This document shows positions 16,543 through 26,276 of a DNA stretch of 64,000 nt, one piece after another (the first letter of the stretch is position 1; each line of letters opens with the position of its first letter). This DNA is from Candidatus Magasanikiibacteriota bacterium. Its GTDB lineage: Bacteria > Patescibacteriota > Patescibacteriia > Magasanikbacterales > UBA922. The stretch lies in NCBI GenBank assembly GCA_041665025.1, contig JBAYJP010000002.1:128691-192690 (forward strand), written 5' to 3'. The notes beneath the pieces are model-generated. The model made no database searches. It was not told the DNA's origin and worked only from the letters and a program-made list of their open reading frames with translations. The position numbers were made by a program, and so were the translations under genes.

Positions 16543-17403
16543 ATGATAAAATATAGAACAATTACTAATATGCAAAAATTTAATAAAGAAAATTCTTTTT
16601 GGTATATTTTTTTTCTAGGGTTTCTAGTTCTAATCGCCACCAGCATAGGACAAATGTTTAGTTTGCCTTTTTTTAATAATTTAATTTTTTCCATAATTAT
16701 TCCAATAATAATTCCTATGGGGTTAATGGGTTATCATGCTTTTTTTACATTAAATATACGTCGCGGTTTATTTTTAATTGTCTTTGCTGGATTGGTAGGA
16801 TGGTTCTTTGAGATTATCGGCTTAAAATATAGAACATTTTTTGGTGGTCAATATATTTATAATACAACTATACCTCTTATTTTAGATGTCCCATATGCAG
16901 TAGTTATTTTTTGGTCATTTTTTATCTATTTTGGCTATACTTTCACAACATCATTTCTCTACTGGTCTCATAAAGACAAACCCAACAAAGATAATCATAA
17001 ATTATTTCTACTTTTCGTACTTATATTAATGGATGGCCTAACAGTAACTGCCATAGATTTGTTTATGGATCCAATACAAGCCAAAGCAGGTACATGGACA
17101 TGGTTACAAGGCGGAGCTTATTTTGGAGTACCAATAGGAAATTTTGTTGGCTGGTTTACAGTTACCGTTATTGTAACTTCTATATTTAGAATATTTGAAT
17201 ATTTTTTTCCTCAAAAATCAACAGGTGCAAACAAAAAATTTTTTTTAATACCTGTAATTGGATATATTATACTGGCTTTTTATTACACGGCGAATGCTAT
17301 CTATTTTGAATTGTATGGCTTAATAGTCGTTGGTTTATTTTTAATGCTTTCTATGGTTACAGCAAATTTGTTTTATTATTTTAATTCATCAAAACCGTCC
17401 TAA
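16543..17403 (+). CDS. Polytopic integral membrane protein (8+ TM helices), function unknown
   Basis: 286 aa, highly hydrophobic, Phe/Ile-rich helices. Confidence 0.6.
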   Translation: MIKYRTITNMQKFNKENSFWYIFFLGFLVLIATSIGQMFSLPFFNNLIFSIIIPIIIPMGLMGYHAFFTLNIRRGLFLIVFAGLVGWFFEIIGLKYRTFFGGQYIYNTTIPLILDVPYAVVIFWSFFIYFGYTFTTSFLYWSHKDKPNKDNHKLFLLFVLILMDGLTVTAIDLFMDPIQAKAGTWTWLQGGAYFGVPIGNFVGWFTVTVIVTSIFRIFEYFFPQKSTGANKKFFLIPVIGYIILAFYYTANAIYFELYGLIVVGLFLMLSMVTANLFYYFNSSKPS

Positions 17404-17423
17404 CATCCCTACCAGGGAGTTCA

Positions 17424-17459
17424 AAATAAAATCCACCTCTTTGGTGGATTTTATTTTTT
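17424..17459 (+). terminator. Bidirectional intrinsic terminator
   Basis: AAAATCCACC-TCTTT-GGTGGATTTT flanked by A-run and T-run. Confidence 0.7.
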
Positions 17460-17474
17460 GAAGGCAGAAATTAT

Positions 17475-17660
17475 TTATTCCTTCTTATCGTCTTCTTTGG
17501 CATCTTTTTCACCCATTTTTTTTCCTATTTCATGTAGTTCTTCTCTCTCTTTTTTGTCTTCTTCTTTTTTGTTTTTATCGTCATCCATATAATTTTTGTT
17601 ATGTGTGTTTATATTTTTCAATCCTCTCTTGGTGATTTTTTTGGTTTGCCCCGAGGACAA
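17475..17660 (-). CDS. Small Lys/Glu/Asp-rich protein (paralogue A; motif HEIGKKMGEKDAKE)
   Basis: 61-aa ORF. Shares its C-terminal motif with ORFs at 18356-18478 and 19235-19345. Confidence 0.45.
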   Translation of the reverse strand: MSSGQTKKITKRGLKNINTHNKNYMDDDKNKKEEDKKEREELHEIGKKMGEKDAKEDDKKE

Positions 17661-17767
17661 TCCATTCTACCAATCATTATCCCAGCTGCCCTGAGAACAA
17701 AAAGTAGAATTTAAAACTAAACAAGATCAGGTTTAATCGGTGGAAAAATTTGTGGTAACATACCCCA

Positions 17768-18112
17768 CTAGTTAAGCTTACTTGCGGCCTCAGATGTTGA
17801 AACGGTTTTACTCATGAAAAAAAGTCTAACAATACCCCAACCAATAAAAAAATAAACAAGCATTGCCAAAAGTGTTGTCCATTCAAAGAGACTACCTTCC
17901 ACGCTACGTGTGCGAAATACACTCGTAAACGGTGTGGTTAGAGGCATTGAGGCTGTATAAATAAAATTCGTGAATCCAGCTTCAGCATTGGCGCCAAACA
18001 TCTTCAGAAATAAACGAAACGCAAGCAAAATCTCAAGTAGACCTACCAGGTACCAAATAATTTGGGTACCATAGTACAGAGGTTTAGTGCTCGGTGAATT
18101 ATAAGAGTCCAT
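17768..18112 (-). CDS. YggT-family small membrane protein
   Basis: 114 aa, 2-3 TM helices, with the Trp/Tyr-rich loop typical of YggT. Confidence 0.55.
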   Translation of the reverse strand: MDSYNSPSTKPLYYGTQIIWYLVGLLEILLAFRLFLKMFGANAEAGFTNFIYTASMPLTTPFTSVFRTRSVEGSLFEWTTLLAMLVYFFIGWGIVRLFFMSKTVSTSEAASKLN

Positions 18113-18148
18113 ATAATTTGTATGTATTAATAAATAAATATTCTTGGT

Positions 18149-18307
18149 TTATACTATTTTCTGGCCTTTAATCAATCTCACAAGTACTATGATAACTGCT
18201 ATTACAAGCAAAACATGGATAAAACCTCCGAGCGTGTAGGAAGTCACAAGTCCGAGTACCCAGAGAATGATTAGAATAATCGCAATAGTCCACAACATAT
18301 AATACAT
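18149..18307 (-). CDS. Small hydrophobic membrane peptide (52 aa)
   Basis: MYYMLWTIAIILIILWVLGLVTSYTLGGFIHVLLVIAVIIVLVRLIKG. Not in the ORF track (under 60 aa). Confidence 0.4.
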   Translation of the reverse strand: MYYMLWTIAIILIILWVLGLVTSYTLGGFIHVLLVIAVIIVLVRLIKGQKIV

Positions 18308-18355
18308 TTAATTAATTACACTATAAGTTACAAAAAAATAATTTTACATTTTACC

Positions 18356-18478
18356 TCAATCTTTAGCAGAATTTTCATTGTCAATTTCTTTTTCTTCCCC
18401 ATCTTTAGACAGTGCCATTCCTATCTCATAATATTCATCAAATAATTTATTAATGCTTATATTTGTATTATCGTCCAT
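18356..18478 (-). CDS. Small acidic protein (paralogue B; YEIGMALSKDGEEK)
   Basis: 40-aa ORF MDDNTNISINKLFDEYYEIGMALSKDGEEKEIDNENSAKD. Confidence 0.35.
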   Translation of the reverse strand: MDDNTNISINKLFDEYYEIGMALSKDGEEKEIDNENSAKD

Positions 18479-18718
18479 ATAATCAATTTTATTTATTTTA
18501 AAAAAATATTAAATATCTTTCTTCTATTCCTTTTGTCTACTGGTTATTACCTAGGCTGTTTCCCGATAAGGAGTAGAATTTTTAATAATTAAACAAGAAA
18601 GCATCACTATGGTAGTTATCCAATATTAGCTATCAGACTTCCCCCGTATATCTTCAGTAGACACGATGGGCAGTTGGGGTTTCTTTTTCATATACATATA
18701 ATTATTTGTTTTTATTTT

Positions 18719-19057
18719 TTATTTCATTAATTTTAGAGTTTCTTGAATTGTCTTAACAACTGCCTGGACAAACGGATTTCCATGTTCAAGTTTTGGAAAA
18801 ATCTTTTTCCCTTCTTTCTCTTTTTGCAATAAGTTGGCGTGCATTAAAATTTTGATGTGTTGTGATGTTAAAGGTAAAGAAATATCCAGGATCCGCGCTA
18901 TGTTGCTTACTGATATTCTTGGTTGTTGGGCGAGAATGCGAAAAATTCGGTAACGATTAACATCACTCAATACTTTAAACGAAGCCGCCATACTCTTGTC
19001 AGTTTCGCTAAATATTTTACGATTTTCTTTAATTTCCTTTTTGCTCAACATATACAT
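18719..19057 (-). CDS. ArsR/SmtB-family HTH transcriptional regulator
   Basis: FKVLSDVNRYRIFRILAQQPRISVSNIARILDISLPLTSQHIKIL. Confidence 0.75.
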   Translation of the reverse strand: MYMLSKKEIKENRKIFSETDKSMAASFKVLSDVNRYRIFRILAQQPRISVSNIARILDISLPLTSQHIKILMHANLLQKEKEGKKIFPKLEHGNPFVQAVVKTIQETLKLMK

Positions 19058-19234
19058 TAGTTAAATAGTTGTTTAATTGTTTAATAATTGTATTATATAT
19101 CATACTAAATCATATGTAAATAGTAAAGTATATGCTCAGGTGTATAAGCCGTGCATAAAGAGTGCATAACTATTACCTAAAATATCAAAAACAGCCCTTG
19201 TAGGCTGTCTTATTTTTTCTCACCTTGCCCCTCT

Positions 19235-19345
19235 CTACTCATCGTTGTCCTTGTCTTCTTTCTTGGCGTCTTTTTCGCCCATCTCTTTTCCTATATCATG
19301 ATATTCTTTTTTTTCATCTTTATTTTTGTCGTCATCGTTGTTCAT
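19235..19345 (-). CDS. Small acidic protein (paralogue C; HDIGKEMGEKDAKK)
   Basis: 36-aa ORF MNNDDDKNKDEKKEYHDIGKEMGEKDAKKEDKDNDE. Confidence 0.35.
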   Translation of the reverse strand: MNNDDDKNKDEKKEYHDIGKEMGEKDAKKEDKDNDE

Positions 19346-19607
19346 ATATTTTTGTTAGTTATGAATTAAATATACTTTGTTGTGCATGAGTAATAACATA
19401 AATCCCTATATAACCCGCAAACAAATTATTTGTCTCCATAGATTAGCCATATTTCGAGCTACCTACCTTTTTTAGTATAATATATAAATACGATATATAA
19501 ACTATCCAACATGTCAAGAGTAATGGATTAAACCCTTTACATAGCAATTCTGACCTAGGCTTGATTTATTATTACTTTTCCATTATACTACTCACCACAA
19601 AAGATCG

Positions 19608-19715
19608 CGGGGTAGAGCCACATAAAATGGACTTCGTCCATCACGTGGCTAGATAATAAGCTTTTTGAAGTATAGTTATCTAGCGGCGTGATACTACGAA
19701 GTTAGTATTTTACGC
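19608..19715 (+). other. Duplicated 13-nt tRNA-fMet 5' fragment followed by three consecutive strong hairpins (leader of tRNA-fMet)
   Basis: CGCGGGGTAGAGC at 19608-19620 is identical to the tRNA 5' end at 19716-19728. Hairpins GCCAC..ATGGAC-TTC-GTCCAT..GTGGC, CTAGATAA..TTATCTAG and CGGCGT..ACGCCG. Confidence 0.5.
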
Positions 19716-19789
19716 CGCGGGGTAGAGCAGCCAGGCAGCTCGTCGGGCCCATAACCCGAAGGTCGCCGGTTCAAATCCGGCCCCCGCAA
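19716..19789 (+). tRNA. Initiator tRNA-fMet (CAU)
   Basis: Near-identical to the E. coli tRNA-fMet sequence (CGCGGGG..CTCGTCGGGCCCATAACCCGAAGGTCGCCGGTTCAAATCCGGCCCCCGCAA), including the C1-A72 mismatch. Confidence 0.85.
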
Positions 19790-19849
19790 CTAAATTTTGC
19801 ATGTGCAATTATTCTGTGATAATATATGTTGCACATCCAAAAATGGCAT

Positions 19850-19876
19850 GCGGTAGTAGTTCAGTTGGCTAGAACG
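19850..19876 (+). pseudogene. Truncated/degenerate copy of the tRNA-Gly(GCC) 5' portion
   Basis: The first 27 nt GCGGTAGTAGTTCAGTTGGCTAGAACG are identical to 19932-19958. The downstream sequence lacks a foldable anticodon arm. Confidence 0.5.
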
Positions 19877-19931
19877 CCCGGCCGGGAGGTCGCCGTTCGG
19901 CTCTGATTCTACATTCGAATTTGATAAACAT

Positions 19932-20005
19932 GCGGTAGTAGTTCAGTTGGCTAGAACGTCTCCTTGCCAAGGAGAAGGTCGCCGGTTCGAATCCGGTCTG
20001 CCGCT
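19932..20005 (+). tRNA. tRNA-Gly (anticodon GCC)
   Basis: Acceptor GCGGTAG/CTGCCGC. Anticodon arm TCTCC-TTGCCAA-GGAGA. T-arm GCCGG-TTCGAAT-CCGGT. Confidence 0.8.
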
Positions 20006-20146
20006 CACCCTGTACCCTTGTGATATGGGGTCACAGTTGAGAAATCAACTGTAACAATAAGGGTTTAGTAATTCATAGGCCCTTACTGTATGGCAACGCA
20101 AAAATCCCCGAAAGGGGATTTTTGTATTATTACCACATCATTTTTA

Positions 20147-21016
20147 CTAGGCAGTTATAAGCGAATTCCAATCACTCACAAATTTACTAAGCCCTGCATC
20201 AGTGAGTTCATGCTGAATATTATAATTACTAAAATCCTTTTCCAAACCTATTTCTTGATAAGGAATCTCTTTCAAATTTTGTACAGGATACACATAATTT
20301 TCCTTTGGCAACTCCATGTTCTTGTGTGCCCACTGTTCCAAAATTTTCAATGGTGCCGTGATAATATCCACACCAAGCGCGAGACAATATAGAAAATGAT
20401 CATACGTTCGGACGCTTGCAGCCAAAACCTCTACATGGTGATCACTCGATTCAAACATGCACATAACATTTTTTATAAATTGCATACCATTTTCTCCCCT
20501 ATCATCAAACCGTCCGATAAAAGGTGACAAATAAACTTGTCCTGGCATTGAGCCAGATGTGGCTGTATACACTGCCCCGGCCTGTTCTTGGGAAAAACAT
20601 AACGTCATATTTACTCGTATTCCCTCTTGGGTTAATTGACGTGCGGTTTCCAGGCCTGCTGATGTAATGGGAAGTTTGATATGAGCATTAGGGATCCACG
20701 CATTCATTTCATGAGCCTGTTCAATCATTGCTTCTGCTAGCGTGGAACTGTCTGCATAGACTTCTACAGAGACCGACCCTTTTGGAACAAGAGAAGAAAT
20801 TTCACTCACAACTTTTTTATAAAATTCATTTATCTGATCCGAGCTCAAGCGCTCACCTGCCCCAAGTTTTTCTTTAAGCTGAGGGTTTTTCGCAATAAGT
20901 GATGGATTGGTTGTCTGCCCATCCAAAAATCCAAGCAGAGCTAGTGCTATTTTCGTTTCACCAGGGTCACCACTATCGAGAAATATCTTGGTTTTTAAAT
21001 TGGTTGGTTTTTCCAT
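20147..21016 (-). CDS. tal: Transaldolase-family protein
   Basis: FLDSGDPGE...TTNPSLIAK motif. Confidence 0.75.
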   Translation of the reverse strand: MEKPTNLKTKIFLDSGDPGETKIALALLGFLDGQTTNPSLIAKNPQLKEKLGAGERLSSDQINEFYKKVVSEISSLVPKGSVSVEVYADSSTLAEAMIEQAHEMNAWIPNAHIKLPITSAGLETARQLTQEGIRVNMTLCFSQEQAGAVYTATSGSMPGQVYLSPFIGRFDDRGENGMQFIKNVMCMFESSDHHVEVLAASVRTYDHFLYCLALGVDIITAPLKILEQWAHKNMELPKENYVYPVQNLKEIPYQEIGLEKDFSNYNIQHELTDAGLSKFVSDWNSLITA

Positions 21017-21142
21017 AGGTCTAGCAATTTTAAATTATAAAAATTTCTCAAATAAACAATACCAAAAAAACATACAGCTTTCAAGACTACATCCGTATCC
21101 AAAAATATGATATACTGATTCTATCAATACTAATAACATTTT

Positions 21143-22873
21143 ATGTTGCCTCAAACGACATTGGAGTTTTTGCTTAAAAAAGAATTCAAAATAGCCCCGG
21201 GAGCCCTCAAAATATACCGGGAAGAAGCAGAAAAAAAGAAAAAGGAGTTGGAAGAATATTTGATAAGCCAAGATGCAATTGACGAAACAAAGCTATACAC
21301 GGCTGCCGCAAAAAAGCTCAGTGTGCCCTATATTGAACTCAAGGGAAAGGAGATAAAAAAAGAAGTCCTGAACCTGGTCCCGGCACAGTTTGCCTCTATT
21401 CACAATGTCATTGCTTTTGATAAAACTTCAAATGAACTGCATCTCGCCATGTGTGATTCAGACGATATCCAGACGATCGAATTTTTGCGCCGGAAAACAG
21501 GCCTTACGCCCAAAGTATTTCTTACTTCACCAAGCGACATGAAAGAGGCCTTGCGTAGATATCACGCTGATCTCTCTTCAGACCAGGTTATTGTACAGCT
21601 CAGCGGAGACGCACAATCTGGCGATGTCAAAGATCTCAAAAAAGCCGCGGAAGAGCTTCCTATTATAAACATTGTCAATTCTATACTTGAGCATGCAGTA
21701 TTTGAAGGAGCAAGCGATATTCACATAGAACCGACAGAAAAAGAAGTGTCTGTACGATACCGAGTAGATGGTATGCTCCAACAAGTCATGACCTTGCCCA
21801 AGCAAGTCCAAAATGGAATCATGGCCCGCGTCAAAATATTGGCTCGTTTAAAAATTGATGAACACATGATTCCGCAAGACGGAAGGTTCAAAATACAGGT
21901 ACAAGATGAAAAACTCTCTTTCCGTGTTTCTATAATACCGGTATACGATGGAGAAAAAATTGTTATGCGCCTTTTGCATGAAGGCCAGAAGCCGCTCACA
22001 CTCGAAGAACTTGGGTTCTCTCAAAATATACGAGAAGAGGTTGAAGATTCTCTCAAAAAACCACACGGCATGATACTTGTTACTGGGCCAACAGGAAGTG
22101 GAAAGACGACGACGCTATACTCGGTCCTGGGGATGCTCAACCAGCCAAATGTTAATATTTGTACCATAGAAGACCCTATTGAGTACCACGTTCAAGGAAT
22201 TAACCAAAGTCAGATAAATCCCAAAGCAGGATTCACGTTTGCGTCCGGGTTGCGCGCATTTTTACGCCAAGATCCAGACATTATTATGGTCGGAGAAATC
22301 CGCGACAAAGAGACAGCAGAAATTGCGATTCATGCCGCCATGACCGGGCACCTCGTCCTTTCCACGCTCCATACCAACGATGCTCCTACGACGCTTCCTC
22401 GTCTTATTGATATGGACATCCCGCCATTTTTGGTTGCATTCACGGCAAACATTATCATTGCACAGCGTCTTGTACGAAAAATTTGTCCGTACTGCAAAAA
22501 ACCGTACACTCTTTCTGCTTCAGAGATAAAACAGCTGGGGAAACTTATTGATATGAAGAAAACGCTTGGATTATTTAAAAAAGAAAATATAAAACTTGAT
22601 GCAAAAGAAAAAAATCTCCAAGCCATGACATTTTACCGCGGAGAAGGATGCGCACGCTGTCACAAGAGTGGCTACAAAGGACGCATGGGTATTTATGAAG
22701 TACTTACCATCACCGAAGAACTAATAAAACGCATCAATGAACGCGCAACTGCCCAAGACATCAAAGATTATGCGCAAGAACACGGCATGGTTACATTATT
22801 TCAAGATGGTCTTGTCAAAGCCAAACAAGGCATTACCACTATTGAAGAAATTTTACGCGTCACCAAAGAATAA
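21143..22873 (+). CDS. pilB: Type IV pilus assembly ATPase PilB (GspE family)
   Basis: Walker A GPTGSGKTTTLYS, Asp/His boxes and a tetracysteine CPYC..CARC motif. Confidence 0.9.
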   Translation: MLPQTTLEFLLKKEFKIAPGALKIYREEAEKKKKELEEYLISQDAIDETKLYTAAAKKLSVPYIELKGKEIKKEVLNLVPAQFASIHNVIAFDKTSNELHLAMCDSDDIQTIEFLRRKTGLTPKVFLTSPSDMKEALRRYHADLSSDQVIVQLSGDAQSGDVKDLKKAAEELPIINIVNSILEHAVFEGASDIHIEPTEKEVSVRYRVDGMLQQVMTLPKQVQNGIMARVKILARLKIDEHMIPQDGRFKIQVQDEKLSFRVSIIPVYDGEKIVMRLLHEGQKPLTLEELGFSQNIREEVEDSLKKPHGMILVTGPTGSGKTTTLYSVLGMLNQPNVNICTIEDPIEYHVQGINQSQINPKAGFTFASGLRAFLRQDPDIIMVGEIRDKETAEIAIHAAMTGHLVLSTLHTNDAPTTLPRLIDMDIPPFLVAFTANIIIAQRLVRKICPYCKKPYTLSASEIKQLGKLIDMKKTLGLFKKENIKLDAKEKNLQAMTFYRGEGCARCHKSGYKGRMGIYEVLTITEELIKRINERATAQDIKDYAQEHGMVTLFQDGLVKAKQGITTIEEILRVTKE

Positions 22874-22882
22874 TAATACGAC

Positions 22883-23995
22883 ATGACTAAAGTTGAAAAA
22901 CAACTATCGCCTCTCGAACAAAAACTCAATAGTATTGCGATACGTCTAACACGCATCAAGGCGATTCAGAAAACTTTTTTTCTAGACCACCTCAGAACCA
23001 TGCTACACGCAGGGCTTTCTCTTGTGGAAGCGCTTCATGTACTGAGTAAAGAAACTGAAAACAAAAAACTCAAAGATATCATCGGCCATATTACTGAAGA
23101 TGTTGAAAAAGGCCAGCAATTGAGCGAAACACTAAATAAATATCCCAAAGTGTTTCCCTCTATGTATGTGAAGATGATTGAATCTGGCGAAGTAGCGGGA
23201 AAACTCGAGGAATCACTTGAACAAATTGTGATCCAAATGAAAAAAAGCAATGCGCTCAAAAGCAGCATACGCGGCGCCATGATTTATCCCGCAGTCATTA
23301 TCATAGCTATCAGCATAGTTGCAATACTTATGGTTACCGTAGTCTTGCCAAAAATCATGACGCTATTTGACGAATTTGAAACTGAGTTGCCTCTTGCAAC
23401 CCGTGTGTTAATAGCAATTACTTCATTTCTCAGCAGCCCCGTCAATCTCGTTTTAACGCTAGGAACTATAATCGGCCTTATCATTCTGTTTGTTGTGGGA
23501 TTAAAAAAATCTGTGCCATTCAAAGATGTCGTACACCGTGTAAATTTGAAGTTGCCTATTGCAGGACATGTTATAAAACAAATCAATCTTGCACGTTTTT
23601 CATTGACCCTTTCATCCCTTTTAAAAAGTACCATACCTATTACCGAAGCAGTCGAAATTACCGGACAGACATGCAGCAACGTGCAATACCAAAAAGCCCT
23701 CCACGCGGCAACTGACAAAATCCAAAAAGGCATCCCCTTATCAGAAATTCTTGTTGAGCATGAAAAATTATTTCCCCCACTTGTCACCGAGATGATCATG
23801 GTAGGTGAACGAACCGGTGAAATAGATCGATTGCTCAGTGAACTTGCGAATTTTTATTCTGACGAGGTAGACAAAACAATGAAAAACTTTTCTACCATCA
23901 TTGAACCTGCTATCATTATTCTGCTTGGACTTGCCGTAGCTGGAATTGCTGTCGCGGTTATCGCACCAATGTTTAGTTTGATGCAGAATTTTTAA
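22883..23995 (+). CDS. pilC: Type IV pilus platform protein PilC (GspF family)
   Basis: Polytopic protein with duplicated GspF-like cytoplasmic domains. Directly downstream of pilB. Confidence 0.8.
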   Translation: MTKVEKQLSPLEQKLNSIAIRLTRIKAIQKTFFLDHLRTMLHAGLSLVEALHVLSKETENKKLKDIIGHITEDVEKGQQLSETLNKYPKVFPSMYVKMIESGEVAGKLEESLEQIVIQMKKSNALKSSIRGAMIYPAVIIIAISIVAILMVTVVLPKIMTLFDEFETELPLATRVLIAITSFLSSPVNLVLTLGTIIGLIILFVVGLKKSVPFKDVVHRVNLKLPIAGHVIKQINLARFSLTLSSLLKSTIPITEAVEITGQTCSNVQYQKALHAATDKIQKGIPLSEILVEHEKLFPPLVTEMIMVGERTGEIDRLLSELANFYSDEVDKTMKNFSTIIEPAIIILLGLAVAGIAVAVIAPMFSLMQNF

Positions 23996-24048
23996 AAAAC
24001 AACAACTTAGATAACTTAGGTACTTAGCAAACTTAGCCACTTATCATA

Positions 24049-25155
24049 ATGTTCACCAACCCTTTCCCCAATGCATTTGGCCTGGATATCGGAGACCTGT
24101 CTATCAAACTGGTCCAATTATCTAATGTTTCAAATTATTTCAAAGGTTCTCACTATGAATATGCGTCAGCACGTTCTATTTCTTTACCTCCAGGACTGGT
24201 AGTCAATGGTGAACTCACACAGCCAGAAGAAATCAGACACTACATACAAAAACTTTTAGGACACAGATCAAAAACCGAAAAACCTATAAAAAGTCCATGG
24301 GTTGTCGCTTCATTGCCTGAACCGCAGGGTTTTACCAAGCTCATAACCATTCCAAAATCACCTCAAGAATTGATAGAAGATGATATTATCATAGAAGCTA
24401 AAAAGAATATACCATTTACCGAAGATGACCACTATTATATTGATTGGCAAGTATTAACTCCATCAAGTGAAAAAGATGTGATGGTGCGTGCCCTCATCAC
24501 TGCGATCCCCAAATTTACTGCGGACAGCTATACCTATTTGCTTGAGAGTCTTGGTCTTGGAGTAATTGCACTTGAGCTAGAAGCTCTCTCAACCACTCGG
24601 TCTATGGTGACTTCAAAAAAGGAATATACTGGGCAAGCACGAGCACTTTTGGATATTGGCTCGACCCGGTCAAATCTTGTTATTTATGATGATAATACCA
24701 TTCAATTTACAACTTCCCTCCCATATTCAGGGGAACTTCTCACAACCGCACTCTCTCAAAAACTCCATGTCTCATATGAAGAAGCTACCCGAATCAAAAA
24801 AGAATACGGACTCGAATATAAAAAAGATAAGCAAGCGTGGACGGCACTGATACATGAGACAAAATTATTTGCTGATGACATAAGAAAAAATATTTTGTTT
24901 TACTACAGTCACTTCAAAAACACGAACCGCATCACACATATTACCATGTGTGGCAGTGGAAGCAATCTAAAGCATTTGGAACGTTTCTTATCTCTTGAGC
25001 TTAAAATAGAATGCAGGCCGGGTCATGTGTGGAAAAATCTTTCAGCAAAAAAACAAATACCTATCTCAGACGAGGAATCATTGGGTTATGCAACTGCCAT
25101 TGGTCTTGCATTGCGTGCCGCCGACAACCCATTTTTTAAGCATGACACCATATAA
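24049..25155 (+). CDS. pilM: Type IV pilus assembly protein PilM (actin-like ATPase)
   Basis: N-terminal GLDIGDLSIKLVQL actin-fold phosphate-1 motif. Operon position. Confidence 0.75.
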   Translation: MFTNPFPNAFGLDIGDLSIKLVQLSNVSNYFKGSHYEYASARSISLPPGLVVNGELTQPEEIRHYIQKLLGHRSKTEKPIKSPWVVASLPEPQGFTKLITIPKSPQELIEDDIIIEAKKNIPFTEDDHYYIDWQVLTPSSEKDVMVRALITAIPKFTADSYTYLLESLGLGVIALELEALSTTRSMVTSKKEYTGQARALLDIGSTRSNLVIYDDNTIQFTTSLPYSGELLTTALSQKLHVSYEEATRIKKEYGLEYKKDKQAWTALIHETKLFADDIRKNILFYYSHFKNTNRITHITMCGSGSNLKHLERFLSLELKIECRPGHVWKNLSAKKQIPISDEESLGYATAIGLALRAADNPFFKHDTI

Positions 25156-25158
25156 CGT

Positions 25159-25701
25159 ATGCACCCTTTACGACTCAATTTGCTATCTCCGCAAAAAAAA
25201 TCTTATCTGACACAAATGACTCATTTTCAGTTTATAAAAAATATTTGTGAGATACTCCTCATTATTGCCAGCCTTATTGGTATAGCTTTACTCGGATCCC
25301 AGCTTATCCTACAAACATACTTTGGAAATCTCATGGAGAGCATCGTGCAAATAGACAACCAACATACCGAGGAAATTCGTACAATAATACAAATTAATAA
25401 GGCCCTCGACCACACCCGAGAAATCCAAAAAGAATTTGTGGTATGGACGCCAAAACTCGAAAAAATAACGTCTGCTATTCCTGAAGGAATCACTATTTAC
25501 TCACAATCAATATCATATCCAGACAAAATGCTCACTCTAACAGGTCTTGCATCCACGCGTGACAACCTCATTACATTTCACGAAAATCTTAAGAAAATCC
25601 CCTTTGTGCAAGGCGTCAACACCCCACTCTCAGAACTTACACAGCCTGAAAATATTTCATTTACCATAACCGCAAGCCTTGTAAACCAAGATTCTTTGTA
25701 A
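25159..25701 (+). CDS. pilN: PilN-like bitopic protein
   Basis: Single TM helix after a short cytoplasmic N-terminus. Follows pilM by 3 nt. Confidence 0.55.
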   Translation: MHPLRLNLLSPQKKSYLTQMTHFQFIKNICEILLIIASLIGIALLGSQLILQTYFGNLMESIVQIDNQHTEEIRTIIQINKALDHTREIQKEFVVWTPKLEKITSAIPEGITIYSQSISYPDKMLTLTGLASTRDNLITFHENLKKIPFVQGVNTPLSELTQPENISFTITASLVNQDSL

Positions 25702-25703
25702 GT

Positions 25704-26273
25704 ATGAAGACCCTTCCGCTAAAATATAGAATTATAAGTGTCACGGGAATTATTTTTCTTGGTGTTCTTGCGATTGGCCTTGGCATTATATACCCTACTA
25801 CCCGCCATATCGTTGTCACAAGAAAGAGCATTGAAAAAACAGAGTCTCAATTGGAGGAACAATACCAAAAAGCAAAATTATTGAGACGTTCTATTGTGGA
25901 ATTAGACACAATCAAACAAAAAATGTCACAGTTAAATAAAATCACACTCAATAAAGGCGATGAACTGGTAACGATACGAGAATTTGAACAGCTAGCTGCT
26001 CGCCACTCCTTAAAGCAAAAGCTCGACGTAGTATATAATGATGGAAAAAATATAGACTCCAAACCAAAAAAAGAAAAAGTAATAAAAAGACCTCATTATA
26101 TCTTTTCATTCTCCCTTGAAGGTTCATACAAAAACCTTATGTCTTATATCCAAGATCTAGAACGCACGCCATACTATATTATCATTGAACAATTGTCATG
26201 GACCAGGCCATCCAAAAGCGAACAACAAACCGTTATCTTGGAATTTGACGGACGCGTATATAGTAAAGAATAA
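25704..26273 (+). CDS. pilO: PilO-like bitopic protein
   Basis: Single TM helix plus coiled coil. Operon position. Confidence 0.5.
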   Translation: MKTLPLKYRIISVTGIIFLGVLAIGLGIIYPTTRHIVVTRKSIEKTESQLEEQYQKAKLLRRSIVELDTIKQKMSQLNKITLNKGDELVTIREFEQLAARHSLKQKLDVVYNDGKNIDSKPKKEKVIKRPHYIFSFSLEGSYKNLMSYIQDLERTPYYIIIEQLSWTRPSKSEQQTVILEFDGRVYSKE

Positions 26274-26276
26274 CGT

